In this document: positions 1 through 10,290 of the stretch, in pieces | How positions within the stretch are numbered: position 1 is the stretch's first letter | How the letters are laid out: each line of letters begins with the position of its first letter | NCBI GenBank assembly: GCA_963827685.1 | Contig: CAWHBU010000001.1 | Location: 32,001 to 96,000 of the forward strand | Reading direction: 5' to 3' | Length of the DNA: 64,000 bases | From: an uncultured delta proteobacterium | Lineage (GTDB): Bacteria; Desulfobacterota; BSN033; UBA1163 | Program-made: the position numbers and the translations under genes | Notes under the pieces: generated by a model | What the model was told of the DNA's origin: nothing | The model's database searches: none | Seen by the model: the letters and a program-made list of their open reading frames with translations, nothing else

Positions 1-154
1 TTCTTGGCGCAGAGAATATGGGGCGGATGTTCTTGGGACCGCTGGACATTTAGCAATCCATGACCGTTGATTCTGCGAAGCTACTTGAATTAGAAATTTT
101 ACCTTCATGTATCTGTGACTTGGAGTAAGCTTGAAATAATCCAATCCAGTTCTC

Positions 155-181
155 TGTCGTCTATTATACAAAGAAGCGACA
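155..181. repeat. 27-bp palindromic site P, copy 1 (degenerate)
   Basis: tgtcgtc-tattatacaaaga-agcgaca; same 7-13-7 layout as copies at 250, 761, 2584, 11314. Confidence 0.65.
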
Positions 182-249
182 AGGTGTCGCAAATTTTCTA
201 TCCGCGATGTTGGAAAATAGAGTGCTGGTTAAGGGGGAGAGAATAAAAA

Positions 250-276
250 TGTCGCCATTTTACGTAGAAGGCGACA
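250..276. repeat. 27-bp palindromic site P, copy 2
   Basis: tgtcgcc-attttacgtagaa-ggcgaca, 14 bp past the stop of 291..674. Confidence 0.85.
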
Positions 277-290
277 GCGGTAAGAGGGGG

Positions 291-674
291 TCACGGTGGG
301 AAGAGACGATCAACCAGCGTCTGTGAGATCCGGTAAGGAGCAAGATCTGTCCGATGAAAAGTACCATTTTCAATAAACTCTCGACCGATGAGGTAGACCT
401 CTGATTTGTCGAGTGACAATATGTTGTCATGGCCATCCAAACGAACTAAAGCAAGAACATGATACAGCCTATCTCTGGGTACTTGCCATTTTTTATCAGT
501 TTTTCTGGTCGCCTTGACTTGGATTGCTTTGAGTGTAAAACCCCTCACGGCAATCAGGTCGTTCCCGGAGTCTTCCAGCGGTGGCGCGGCCTGCACACCA
601 TACTGAAGAAGCCGTAGCTGGACGAGTAACTCTCCCGTCGTTCCTGTGATCAGATCTTCGGTAAGTGGATTCAT
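291..674 (-). CDS. small PD-(D/E)XK-superfamily endonuclease-like protein
   Basis: GELLV..L..YG, then DLIA...IQVK (E...D...Q-x-K nuclease motif). Confidence 0.65.
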   Translation of the reverse strand: MNPLTEDLITGTTGELLVQLRLLQYGVQAAPPLEDSGNDLIAVRGFTLKAIQVKATRKTDKKWQVPRDRLYHVLALVRLDGHDNILSLDKSEVYLIGREFIENGTFHRTDLAPYRISQTLVDRLFPP

Positions 675-760
675 TATTCCGTCTCCATGGAGATGACTGC
701 TAAATTGTCAACTGAGTACATACGCGCTAAAGCCCCCGGATTTTGCCGGCAGAAAGAACT

Positions 761-787
761 TGTCGCCTTTTTACGCAGAAGGCGACA
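761..787. repeat. 27-bp palindromic site P, copy 3
   Basis: tgtcgcc-tttttacgcagaa-ggcgaca. Confidence 0.85.
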
Positions 788-837
788 AATTGTGGACTTT
801 CTAATAGTAGGGCTTTCATGACCAGCACTCCGTCTGG

Positions 838-2409
838 TCAATCCGATGGTTCTATGATTCCCTTGCCCATTGTCTTGTGCAGCAGAATGTCATCCATCGT
901 AGTGATTACCCGCAGTATTTCGTTTGGTGAAACAAGCCCCGAGTAAACCAACCGGAACAGTGATGAGCGAAGATTGAGCACGATTCCGTTAGAGAACTTC
1001 GCTTTGACGCCGTACGCCTTTGGGTTCTCCAGCATTGGGCCGGAGGCCTTGGTGCGTTTGCCTTCTTCGGCCTCTTTTCCCGTGATCAGGGTAAGTTCAA
1101 GGCCGGCCTTGCCAGCGAGTTTGAAGAAAGCTTCTAGATCGAACTGTGCATAAATTCTGACCCGATCCATTACGACGTCGAGTACGAGGTCTTTCGGATA
1201 CCAGATGAGCGGTGAGCGGCTCACTCCATAAGTCATGTTGTGCACGACAAGATTAATTAGCGGAGCTTCTCTTTTAAGCGCTTCAATCTCTCTAAGCTCT
1301 TCAATCTCTCCTATCTGACATGTTAGCTCAGGATGCTTGAAATGAAACAAAATGTGATGGAGATTTCTAACATCTCCTAAATCAGCAATTCCTTTTTCTG
1401 AGAGGGCCACTAGGTAGAGACAACCGTCGACTTCCAGAATGCTTGTACCGCGCGCTTTCGCATCAGCCACGAGATCGGGCAGTAGTGGGAGATATAAAGC
1501 CATACCCGGGGGTTTTGCCCTGGTGAGCGCCTCCAAGAGTTCATCGTTTAGCGGAGCAATTTCGTCTCCATGGGCCTGCCGAATAGAAAGGAGTTCCTCT
1601 TTGATCGGCCGCGATTCAGGCTGTAAAATCGGTACCAACTGTTGGAACCTCTCTCGCTGGTGAATCATCCTTAACGCCTGTGTCCTTGCATCAGGTCCTA
1701 ATTTGACTTGGACTTCCTCCAGGTCCGCCTCTGACAAGGTCCCTCCGCGGGAATCGATAAAATCGTCCAGTATATCATTTATTCGGCCATGCTTAATCTC
1801 TTGGAAGCGTAAGTATATACCCTTCTCGTCCCAGCGAATTCTTATTATATCTCCAATCTGAACGATAGTGGTGAGGTCTGAAACTAGATTTATTTCTCTC
1901 TTTGCCCCTTGGTTGAGTTCGCGGGCTATTGACAACATTTTCATTAATTCGTCTGGATCGGGTTGTGGGGCATGACTCTGGATTGCAAGGTGGTTAGCTA
2001 TCCATGTTTCGGGTAGTAGAACCCAGAGCATTCCATCTATTAACCGTCTTAGGATGGTTTGGCGATTTTGGATTGCCTGAAGTTGAGTGCGAGTGTCTTG
2101 CTGTGCCGGGTTTCGATCGATGCGTAGGCGTTTAAGTTGTTCCGATACCTCTCGGCGTTTTTTCTCAAGGTCAATGAAAAGTATCCCAACCGCCCATTGA
2201 GTTTGGGCGAAGGCAGAGAAAAGGCCGTTTTGGAAGCATTCACGAGCATCGTCGTTTACCAGATCATCGCCTAACTTATATCCGGCCGCTTCGAGCGATC
2301 GGATCCCGCCGTCGAATGCAAATTCCAAGAACTTTTTGAGTTGAGGCTCGAATGGCTGTAAGAGGGGGTGCTCAATGACTGGTCTGGCTGGAAGTTTCTT
2401 TCCTTTCAT
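838..2409 (-). CDS. hypothetical 523-aa protein, possible degenerate PD-(D/E)XK nuclease domain
   Basis: Long ORF; segment SDLTTIVQIGDII...FQEIK resembles D...E-x-K. Confidence 0.6.
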   Translation of the reverse strand: MKGKKLPARPVIEHPLLQPFEPQLKKFLEFAFDGGIRSLEAAGYKLGDDLVNDDARECFQNGLFSAFAQTQWAVGILFIDLEKKRREVSEQLKRLRIDRNPAQQDTRTQLQAIQNRQTILRRLIDGMLWVLLPETWIANHLAIQSHAPQPDPDELMKMLSIARELNQGAKREINLVSDLTTIVQIGDIIRIRWDEKGIYLRFQEIKHGRINDILDDFIDSRGGTLSEADLEEVQVKLGPDARTQALRMIHQRERFQQLVPILQPESRPIKEELLSIRQAHGDEIAPLNDELLEALTRAKPPGMALYLPLLPDLVADAKARGTSILEVDGCLYLVALSEKGIADLGDVRNLHHILFHFKHPELTCQIGEIEELREIEALKREAPLINLVVHNMTYGVSRSPLIWYPKDLVLDVVMDRVRIYAQFDLEAFFKLAGKAGLELTLITGKEAEEGKRTKASGPMLENPKAYGVKAKFSNGIVLNLRSSLFRLVYSGLVSPNEILRVITTMDDILLHKTMGKGIIEPSD

Positions 2410-2583
2410 TTCGTGGGCATTCCGATGGTTAAAACGGATAGATCAGGACCGCGACCAGGCTTAGCTGCAAATAGCTGATGGACTTCAACACATTGTTTCG
2501 GTCCAGGTTGAAATATAAACCATTCTAAAAAATAAAAAAAGCAATGGTTGCAAGGAAGAAAGTGGTAGCCTGTTAGGAGAAAA

Positions 2584-2610
2584 TGTCGCCTTTTTACACA
2601 AAAGACGACA
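2584..2610. repeat. 27-bp palindromic site P, copy 4
   Basis: tgtcgcc-tttttacacaaaa-gacgaca. Confidence 0.8.
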
Positions 2611-2728
2611 ACAAATCGGTCACAAAAATAACCTTTTATATACTCTTTCATTATTGAAACAGGTTCAGATAAGCCTCTTATGGATTACCATTTGAAGGTT
2701 ACACATTTTGGTGAAACCTGTCAACAAG

Positions 2729-2914
2729 GACTTCAGGAAGAAATTTTGTAAAAGGCGCGCGGGCAGATGCCAGCCATTAACCTCACCGGAGGCAGCAGAG
2801 AAATGCCTCGGTCACCACGAGATATTTAAGAGAGAAAAGAAATGAAGGTGGCCTGAACGATACTTAATCTGGCAAATCCCGTCGAACTAACTCCTGATTG
2901 ATAAATACTCCTAC
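2729..2914 (+). repeat. dispersed ~190-bp intergenic repeat R, copy 1 (longest)
   Basis: Shares ttcaggaagaa..tgtaaaaggcgcgcgggcaga..aacctcaccggaggcagcagagaaatgcctcggtcacc..tttaagagagaa..gaacgatacttaa..caaatcccgtcgaactaactcc with four other loci. Confidence 0.9.
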
Positions 2915-3154
2915 AAAGTGTGTAGATTAGCCGAGGCTCAGAGTTAAAGATTACCGATGAAAGGGAGCATAAAGGTGATGGTGAGCGGAACCGTTATTTG
3001 ATCGGATCCACTCACTGTTCTCTATAAGCGTCAGCTATGGATTGTGTTGTGATATTCGAGACGACTGGGGTATAATCACCCAACTGTTGCAGGCTAGATC
3101 AACATCAAGCCCTGTGCAAGCTGCTCACCAGATTGTAGTAAACAGGGGCAAACA

Positions 3155-4738
3155 ATGAAATCAGACACTGCTTTATCCGATGTCCAGTTGCAAAAATCTT
3201 ATGACCGCCGTGTCATTTCCTGGGCATGGTATGATTGGGCGAACCACGCCTACATCACCACTACCGCTTCAACCTTCTTTCCTCCTTATTTCATCGCCAT
3301 CGCTACCACATCTTTCATGACAATTGGCGCCTCCGTTAGTGACGAAGCGGCGAAAGCAGTCGCCAGAGATATTGCTTCCAACGTATTTGCCCTGATGATA
3401 TCATTCGCCTTGTTGGTGTCAGCAGTTCTCGCACCGATTGTGGGCGCATACGCCGATATCACCGGGATGCGCAAGCGCCTGTTGATCATTACAACCATTG
3501 CGGCAAGCCTGGTCTCCTCGCTGATGTTCATCCTGGTGACCGGCATGTGGCAGTTGGCATTAGTCCTGTATTTCGTATCCCAGGTCGGCATGAACATTAC
3601 TCTGGGCTTTTCCAGTAGTCTGCTGCCACATGTAGCGTCCCAGAAAGATATGAACCGAGTTTCCAGCCTGGGCTATGCCATGGGCTATGTGGGCGGCGGA
3701 CTGCTGCTCGCCCTGAACACTGTCCTCTACCTGTTTTCGGACAAAATAGGCATCGACAGCACTCTGGCGGTGCGCATCGCTTTTCTCTCCGTAGGGGTAT
3801 GGTGGATCGTCTTCACAATTCCGCTTATCCTCAATGTCAACGAGCCACCCGCCACGCCGCTGGCGCACGGAAGCCGGGGCAGTGGCATCCTCGATTCGCT
3901 CACCCGGCTTACCAATACTGTGCGGGATGCGGCCCGCTACCGTGAAATGTTCAAGATGCTCATCGCTTTCTGGTTTTACATGGAAGGCATCGGAGCAATC
4001 ATCCTCCTGGCAACATCATATGGCGCGGCGTTGGGGCTGAATACGGCCGTGCTGATCAGCACGTTGCTGATGACACAGTTTGTGGCTTTTCCCTATGCGC
4101 TCATCTACGGTCGTATCCCCATCCCGAGCAACCGCTGGCGCAGCGTTTTTGTCTCCATGCTCATCTGGACCGCGGTCACCTTTCCACTGATGGGACTGTA
4201 CGCCAACCTGAACCGAGGGGTGAGTCTCTCTCTTACCTTCGGCATGATCCTGGGAGACCAGGTGCTTGGCGTGTTTTTCTCTTTGCTGTTGGGACGCCGC
4301 TTGTTTTCTGGTCTGGTGCAAAAGCTGGACACCAAACGAGCAGTCATCCTCGGTTTGGTCATTTACACCATCATCCCGGTCTGGGGCTTTCTCCTCAAGA
4401 GTCAGGCAGAGTTCTTCATGATCGGCTGGTTGGTGGGAACAGTGCAGGGGGGTACCCAAGCGCTCAGCCGATCGATTTACGCCTCGATGACCCCGCGGGC
4501 CAAATCGGGCGAGTTCTTTGGACTGTACGGCTTGAGCGAAAAATTTGCAGGAATCCTCGGTCCATTCCTTTATGGCATCGTCGGCACGCTGACCCACAAC
4601 CCGCGTGCCAGCATCCTCTCTATCTCCGTATTCTTCATCACCGGTATCTACATTCTGGTGCGGGTGAATGAAAAGAGAGGCGCTGAAATCGCCGCTGCCG
4701 AAGAAGCCCAGATTGAGGTTCTCAAGGCTGCGGACTGA
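3155..4738 (+). CDS. MFS transporter, UMF1/Atg22-like family
   Basis: SWAWYDWAN start, GGTQALSRS and EFFGLY motifs, many TM helices. Confidence 0.9.
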   Translation: MKSDTALSDVQLQKSYDRRVISWAWYDWANHAYITTTASTFFPPYFIAIATTSFMTIGASVSDEAAKAVARDIASNVFALMISFALLVSAVLAPIVGAYADITGMRKRLLIITTIAASLVSSLMFILVTGMWQLALVLYFVSQVGMNITLGFSSSLLPHVASQKDMNRVSSLGYAMGYVGGGLLLALNTVLYLFSDKIGIDSTLAVRIAFLSVGVWWIVFTIPLILNVNEPPATPLAHGSRGSGILDSLTRLTNTVRDAARYREMFKMLIAFWFYMEGIGAIILLATSYGAALGLNTAVLISTLLMTQFVAFPYALIYGRIPIPSNRWRSVFVSMLIWTAVTFPLMGLYANLNRGVSLSLTFGMILGDQVLGVFFSLLLGRRLFSGLVQKLDTKRAVILGLVIYTIIPVWGFLLKSQAEFFMIGWLVGTVQGGTQALSRSIYASMTPRAKSGEFFGLYGLSEKFAGILGPFLYGIVGTLTHNPRASILSISVFFITGIYILVRVNEKRGAEIAAAEEAQIEVLKAAD

Positions 4739-4932
4739 ATGAAAGGCTATGGCCTGTTGCTTGTAAATAGGTTCTCGGTTGGATTATAGAGGGAGCCAGA
4801 ATAGCCTAGGAATAGCCGGATATTGTAGGAGAAAATCCACATTTCACCTTTCACTCTTCACTTTAAGGGACTACTGAAAGATGAAGATTACAGGTTGCTA
4901 TATTGCATCGGCGGGAGAAATTAAAAAATCAC

Positions 4933-5051
4933 GATTTCAGGAAGAAGCTTTGTAAAAGGCGCGCGGGCAGATAGCAGCCAAAAACCTCACCGGAGGCAGC
5001 AGAGAAATGCCTCGGTCACCACAAGACATTTAAGAGAGAAGAGAAATGAAG
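4933..5051 (+). repeat. repeat R, copy 2 (5' portion)
   Basis: Closely similar to 2729-2847. Confidence 0.9.
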
Positions 5052-5191
5052 CCTCTGACGTCAGATTTGATTTTTAACTATAGAAAATTGTGGATCTTGA
5101 AACCCATCGTAAGCTTACACAACGGTTTTTTTATGCCAGATAGAGCTGCTCCTTTTTCCACGAGTGCAGGTCTGAATTCAAGTGAGAGTTG

Positions 5192-6067
5192 TCATTTAAC
5201 CCGCCTTTTAAAGAGCCTTCGGAACAGCTTGGGTAAAAACCAGATGCCTGGGATGATCAGGACCAACCAAGGGACGACCGCTACGATGAAGGTAAGGACC
5301 GCTGCGATGCTGTTTGCGAATACATGTCCCATTCCATGCCAGGTGGATATAATCGGTGCCAAGGCCCCCGTCTCCGCAATGGACGGCTTCGGTCGGAAAT
5401 CAATGGCCACAGCAACTTTCTCCGTCTCATTGGCAAGTGCTTTCCGACTTGCTACCAGGCTATCCAACTCTGATTGTGCTTTGGACAATTCCCGCTCAAC
5501 CTCTACCACATCTTTCAAACTGCCTGTGCGGGTGGTCAATATCGTACGCAGCCGATTCCGCAATTCAGTGAGATTTTTGATCTTGGCTTCGACATCGATA
5601 ACCGTGCTGGTCTTATCTTCGCTTTCCGTGTTTTGGGTTACAACATTACCCACTTTGTTAATATGTTCCAGAAGGGGTTTTAGATGCTGGGGAAGAACCC
5701 GCAAAACGAGATTGCCGGAGGGCGGTGAGTATGGAGTCTTTTTATTTATGGTGGATTCCAAAATATCGCAATGGATGCTCCGGCAGAACTCATTCACCGA
5801 TTCCCATGCCTTTTCCAAATCAGACTCTGAAGTCTCCACAACAAAATGATGCCTCATGGCGATATAGCGTTTGGATTCGACATCAGGATCATTCTTGAAT
5901 TTTTCTTTATCCTGTCTAACTCTTTCTTCATATTGTCTAACTTTGGCCAGATTAGGAACCGCAGCAGATTTGAGGTATCTTGAAGCTTGCTGATATTCCT
6001 CTGCTTTGCCGCAACCACCCATCAGCAATAGACCGATCATGCCAAGTAATATGAGTCTTCTAATCAT
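5192..6067 (-). CDS. DUF4349-type lipoprotein
   Basis: Lipobox MGGC; EDKT..VIDVEAKIKNL..LRNRL coiled coil; C-terminal TM helix. Confidence 0.8.
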   Translation of the reverse strand: MIRRLILLGMIGLLLMGGCGKAEEYQQASRYLKSAAVPNLAKVRQYEERVRQDKEKFKNDPDVESKRYIAMRHHFVVETSESDLEKAWESVNEFCRSIHCDILESTINKKTPYSPPSGNLVLRVLPQHLKPLLEHINKVGNVVTQNTESEDKTSTVIDVEAKIKNLTELRNRLRTILTTRTGSLKDVVEVERELSKAQSELDSLVASRKALANETEKVAVAIDFRPKPSIAETGALAPIISTWHGMGHVFANSIAAVLTFIVAVVPWLVLIIPGIWFLPKLFRRLFKRRVK

Positions 6068-6140
6068 AGAACCATTCTCCCTTTTATAGATATTTCTTAG
6101 GGGCCCCCTTTTACTGATACAAACCTATTCATTAATTCTA

Positions 6141-6189
6141 CCCCCCCACCCTCCCCTCCCCCTCAAGGGGGGAGGGTTAGGGAGGGGGT
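6141..6189. repeat. REP-like GC palindrome (cccctccc...gggagggg family)
   Basis: ccccccaccctcccctccccctcaagggggagggttagggaggggg; relatives near 43335, 55139, 55762, 56820, 57410. Confidence 0.6.
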
Positions 6190-6239
6190 AAGAGTCTTGG
6201 AAGCTATTCTATACTTTCTTATCTCATTTGACAACTCAG

Positions 6240-7052
6240 TTATCCCTTGAAGTCCTTTGGGATCGGAGCAAATTCCAAATCATCAGGCCAGAATCTGTTT
6301 TTCGGACCGCATGAGATGATTCCTTTCCGGCAAAGCTCTGATCGCCACTCGTATTTTAGAACGATTTTTTCCGCGATGGTATGCTCAGGATCAAATTGGA
6401 CCATGGTGACAGGAGAGTAGGTTGTTTCTCCAAAGCCGGTGCCAGGCTGCTCGCTCTCTTTCAGTATATTTTTGCCGGCGGCACGACTCTCACTTGACGC
6501 TGAAGGTGCCCCTGCCGCAGGCGCTTCCTTCTTTCGAAATGACATATCGAAGTATGGGGCGATTTCGGCTATCTTTTCTTTATAGACAGCAAGCGCGATG
6601 GTCCCCAAGGCCGAAGCATCGGCAAATACTTTTTCGGCATAGGAATCGAACTGCTCGGTAAAATAGAACCTGTTGGTCCTGTCCATGCCTGTTCGCCAGC
6701 CTTCAAAGGTATTGGTATCATAAGGCCCGATGATATACATCCTTTCATTCCTGAGGAGATCTGATTTTTTGCCGTCAATGATATTTCTTCCATCCACTGC
6801 GATGACGACGCCAATACGCCTGTCCGATTTATTTGTAACCTGAATAGAGTATCTCTGTCCCTTGACTGCTTCCATATAGTAATACTCCCCTTCCTGATGG
6901 CCACGCAGAAAGGTTTTGTATTTCGGAAACACCCCCCCCTTATCCGAGACAATCCGCACATCGACAACATCGGTCTTCCCAAAATGCGCACATCCCAGTG
7001 TCGGAGTGACCAAACTGATAAACAATACCGCAATGAAAGCAATTCGTCTCAT
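6240..7052 (-). CDS. secreted hypothetical protein
   Basis: Signal peptide; RYSIQVTNKSDRRIGVVIAVDGRNII and GTGFGE segments; RBS aaggagg. Confidence 0.75.
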   Translation of the reverse strand: MRRIAFIAVLFISLVTPTLGCAHFGKTDVVDVRIVSDKGGVFPKYKTFLRGHQEGEYYYMEAVKGQRYSIQVTNKSDRRIGVVIAVDGRNIIDGKKSDLLRNERMYIIGPYDTNTFEGWRTGMDRTNRFYFTEQFDSYAEKVFADASALGTIALAVYKEKIAEIAPYFDMSFRKKEAPAAGAPSASSESRAAGKNILKESEQPGTGFGETTYSPVTMVQFDPEHTIAEKIVLKYEWRSELCRKGIISCGPKNRFWPDDLEFAPIPKDFKG

Positions 7053-7210
7053 AACGTTACCTCCTTTTTGAGTGTCTTTTGATTTAATAGACAACCGGAA
7101 CAGAAAAAAGTTCCCTGTTTAGGAAAAGTTTTTCAGTTAGATGGGGGAATTGATACGTTCGACAGCGCCAAACCCGAATTCTTGAATAGGGCTTAAAAGC
7201 GCGGCTAAGT

Positions 7211-7262
7211 ATCAACCCTGAGCATACCCCGGGTTTCAGACCGGGGAGTCGAATGGGTTGAT
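7211..7262. repeat. palindromic mini-repeat with nested hairpin
   Basis: atcaaccc...gggttgat arms enclosing ccccgg-gtttcaga-ccgggg. Confidence 0.55.
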
Positions 7263-7394
7263 TTCAGTGGCAAGAAGATTGATGAGTGAAGAAAAAACAG
7301 AAAGGCAGGTTCTTTAAGCTCCTGGGGACTTGATCATTGACTGCAGAAAATCCTGGACCCTGATTCAAATGCAACTTAGGCATACCTCCTCATG

Positions 7395-7531
7395 AACCTC
7401 ACTGGAGGCAGCAGAGAAATGCCTCGGTCACCACGAGACATTTAAGAGAGAAGGAGAAACGAATGCGCCTTGAACGATACTTAATCTTACAAATCCCGTC
7501 GAACTAACTCCTGATTGACAAGTATACCTAC
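7395..7531 (+). repeat. repeat R, copy 3 (3' portion)
   Basis: Aligns with 2779-2914; weaker similarity continues to ~7595. Confidence 0.9.
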
Positions 7532-7679
7532 GACTGTCCACTCCGAGCTAACCTTCAAGGTTAGCGATTACGATTAGAAAGCAAGCATAAGTAAGGCTTT
7601 AAAAAAAGGTAGGGCCTTATCCGACAATGCCTTTGCTCCTTTGTCCCCAATCAAGCTGTTGCGAAACCCCAATTTCAGT

Positions 7680-8717
7680 TTAGAACTTGTAGAGGATCGT
7701 TAACCAACTATTTATCCCCTGAGGCCTATTTCTCGCTTCAATTTCGTAATCAACGCGGGCTTCCGCGATCCAATGTTTGTAAGTCCACCACACACCAGGA
7801 CCAACGGCAAAGACCTCACCCAAATTGTTCTTTACCCTTCCTGCAGTCGTCTCATCGTCTGTGGTTTGTTTATAAAAATATCCAGTGGCTCCAGCCCTAA
7901 ATTGATGTGCAGCACCGGTCTTGCTGAGGGCATACGCAATGGCGTAATCAAAGTGAAAATCTTGTCCGGGCGTAAGGTTAGTTCGTACACCAACTAAATT
8001 CTTATTTCCTATTTTTGCAGCCGTGGGAGCATTAATAATGTAATTGTCGTTTCTCGAGTTGAAACTATAATCCATTTTTATATCCAATTCGAGATCTGGG
8101 TGCCACGGTAAAAAAAGTGTGGCTGCAATAACAGGCGACACGGACCAAACATTATTCCCAATATTGACTAAACGCTTTGGACCCCATTGACCGGTTGGAG
8201 AAGTTATATCCACGGCAGTAATAAAATGAAATAAACCACTTTTGGTGTGCCATCCTATGCCAGGACCAAGGGTAATATCACCTACTCCAGTGTGGTGGTC
8301 AGACTGGTCTGTGGGTAGGTCCAGTTTGATACGAGAACTTACCACGGGGATAATTGCGTGTCCTATCAGATATCCATCTAATCCCGCAACAGAAAGCTTT
8401 AGTGGGGAGATATAAATGAATCGTGTGGAGGAGACTACGACTTGGAGTTTATCTAATGCATACCCCTCGGTCTTAAGGCTTACAGTATGATTGAGTCCGT
8501 AACCGTGATTAGTCTCTAGCTTTTTGGCAGTATAATAGTCAATGTACTCCTTAATAACAAAAGCTTCGCCCGGAGGGGTGACCCCCGACAAGAAGGATTC
8601 AGCCCCCAGGGGCTCAGGAGTCAGTCCTCCAGCAAAAGCAAGAAGAGGAGAAAATAAAGTGACTGGAATAACCAATGTAGCCATAAACCATGGCATTAAT
8701 CTCCCCTTACGTTCCAT
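7680..8717 (-). CDS. outer-membrane beta-barrel channel, SphA/phenol MetA-pathway family
   Basis: GVGDITLGP, PTGQW..NIGNN, PGQDFHFDY, GYFYKQTTDD, terminal F; homologue at 39786..40718. Confidence 0.8.
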   Translation of the reverse strand: MERKGRLMPWFMATLVIPVTLFSPLLAFAGGLTPEPLGAESFLSGVTPPGEAFVIKEYIDYYTAKKLETNHGYGLNHTVSLKTEGYALDKLQVVVSSTRFIYISPLKLSVAGLDGYLIGHAIIPVVSSRIKLDLPTDQSDHHTGVGDITLGPGIGWHTKSGLFHFITAVDITSPTGQWGPKRLVNIGNNVWSVSPVIAATLFLPWHPDLELDIKMDYSFNSRNDNYIINAPTAAKIGNKNLVGVRTNLTPGQDFHFDYAIAYALSKTGAAHQFRAGATGYFYKQTTDDETTAGRVKNNLGEVFAVGPGVWWTYKHWIAEARVDYEIEARNRPQGINSWLTILYKF

Positions 8718-8739
8718 AATCGTCCCTCCTTCTTCAAAT

Positions 8740-9659
8740 TTAATCACTGTGGTCATTCGTCATGGAACTCCGGTAGATAGCATTGGATTGGTGGATAGCA
8801 CTGGATTGAAAGGTAAAGTACAACTCAGCCTTAACCCCACCTTTCATAGGGGAAATGCCAAAACCGTATGTTTTATCTTTAGGGAGGTTTAAGAACGAAT
8901 CATGGACAGTTGCACTGAGGAAATTCCCTAGGGCAGCACCGGCCAGAACGTCCGATGGGTAATGCGCTTGAGCTTCCACTCGCCCCCAGGCAACAGTCGA
9001 ACCAAGTAGAATGTTTACGACTTTCAGTGGGATTCTTACCTCCTGAGGTAATTCAATAGAATCGAGATTTCGATTACTGAGGGCCACTGATGAGAAGGCA
9101 GCGAGGCTTCTCCGGAAGGAAAACTTTTATTGCTACTCCCGTTTGGTCGAGTACGACCAGTGGTATCCTTTAACAAGCTTGTCGCTCCAGCCGTCAACAG
9201 CTCAGCAGCTCCCTCCACTGCAATACCCTTCAGCTTCGAATATACCCAGTCCTTGGAATCACCACCACTCGGAGTAGCAAGCGCAGTGATAAACACCTCT
9301 GTATACAGAGGAATCTCCAAGTACAAGTTGTAATTTGCCGCATTTTGGGTAGATCCGAAAATGGGTGTATGTCCAGTAGCCCAATGCGAAACTTTCTTGT
9401 CCCATTTACTCAACCCGAAGACGAGCGCTCCTGCCACAGGGATGAAAGTCTGTGGATCTACCAGAGCATTAAATGCAGCACGAGGGATCTTCTTAAGCTC
9501 TACCGGGTAGATCGCGTCCTGGCCCCAACCCCGGCCATTATTTAACGTCCCGCACCCTGTCATGGCAAAAATGATGAATGCCACTGCTAACAGAACCATC
9601 AGATTGGAACGTTTCAGGCCATAGTAAATCGGCATGCCCACCACCTCCTTTTTCCCCAA
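8740..9659 (-). pseudogene. PAP2-family phosphatase lipoprotein, frameshifted near 9100
   Basis: K..TGRTRP and SFPSG in one frame; RVEAQAHYPSDV in another. Confidence 0.75.
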
Positions 9660-9852
9660 TACGATGAACTCCCGAAGCTAAGGGGAATTAACCGTACGAT
9701 GTCCCATCGGAAACAACGACGGTTTCCAGCGTTTTCTCACCCTGTTAGAATAATTATTTTGGGGGACTATGCCCTAAGGGGCATCTGCCTTTTCAGCAAT
9801 GAGGGTTTAAAAAATGGAAAAAGAATTAACGAGGAATACCAACCCAGGTTTC

Positions 9853-10188
9853 TTAACAACGGAGGACGAGGCTTTTTTGATCGAGGGAAGAAGATTGGGA
9901 AGAGAAGACAGAAAGCTGCTCGAAAACACTGGTTTCAGGAAAGAACACGTGGAACAAAGCATTTGATCCGATTGATCCGAGGAGGTTCAAGTGGTTCTGA
10001 CAATCGGGTAACAGGTACTCGTCATCTAGATCCGGATTCTCAAACTTTGGCTCAGGAGAAACAGGAGAAAAGAGATCATCGTCTGCTAAACCGCAGTAAA
10101 GGAGGTAACCCGAAAGGACAGGAACGGAAAGAGACATTATTAAAGCGAAAAGAATCCGAAATTTTTTCAATCCACTAAGCATATCCAC
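9853..10188 (-). CDS. small membrane-anchored hypothetical protein (ends LVLRC)
   Basis: N-terminal hydrophobic helix; lies between the regulator and the PAP2/channel genes. Confidence 0.55.
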   Translation of the reverse strand: MDMLSGLKKFRILFALIMSLSVPVLSGYLLYCGLADDDLFSPVSPEPKFENPDLDDEYLLPDCQNHLNLLGSIGSNALFHVFFPETSVFEQLSVFSSQSSSLDQKSLVLRC

Positions 10189-10290
10189 CTTCTGGGTTGA
10201 AGATTGTAAGAATAATACTTGCTTACGGCGTTATATTACGAATTTCTTATGATAAAGTTAAGAAAAAGACGTCGGTTCTTCAGTAAAAAA

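Noticed and set aside
2729-2914. Repeat R as a thermonuclease gene fragment (minus strand reads VFINQELVRR)
   Set aside because: The resemblance covers about 10 residues, and stops follow immediately in the copies checked
5046-5849. 267-aa plus-strand ORF and similar long antisense ORFs (e.g. 4016..4597, 16535..17128, 48832..49410)
   Set aside because: They overlap well-supported genes on the opposite strand and have no motifs
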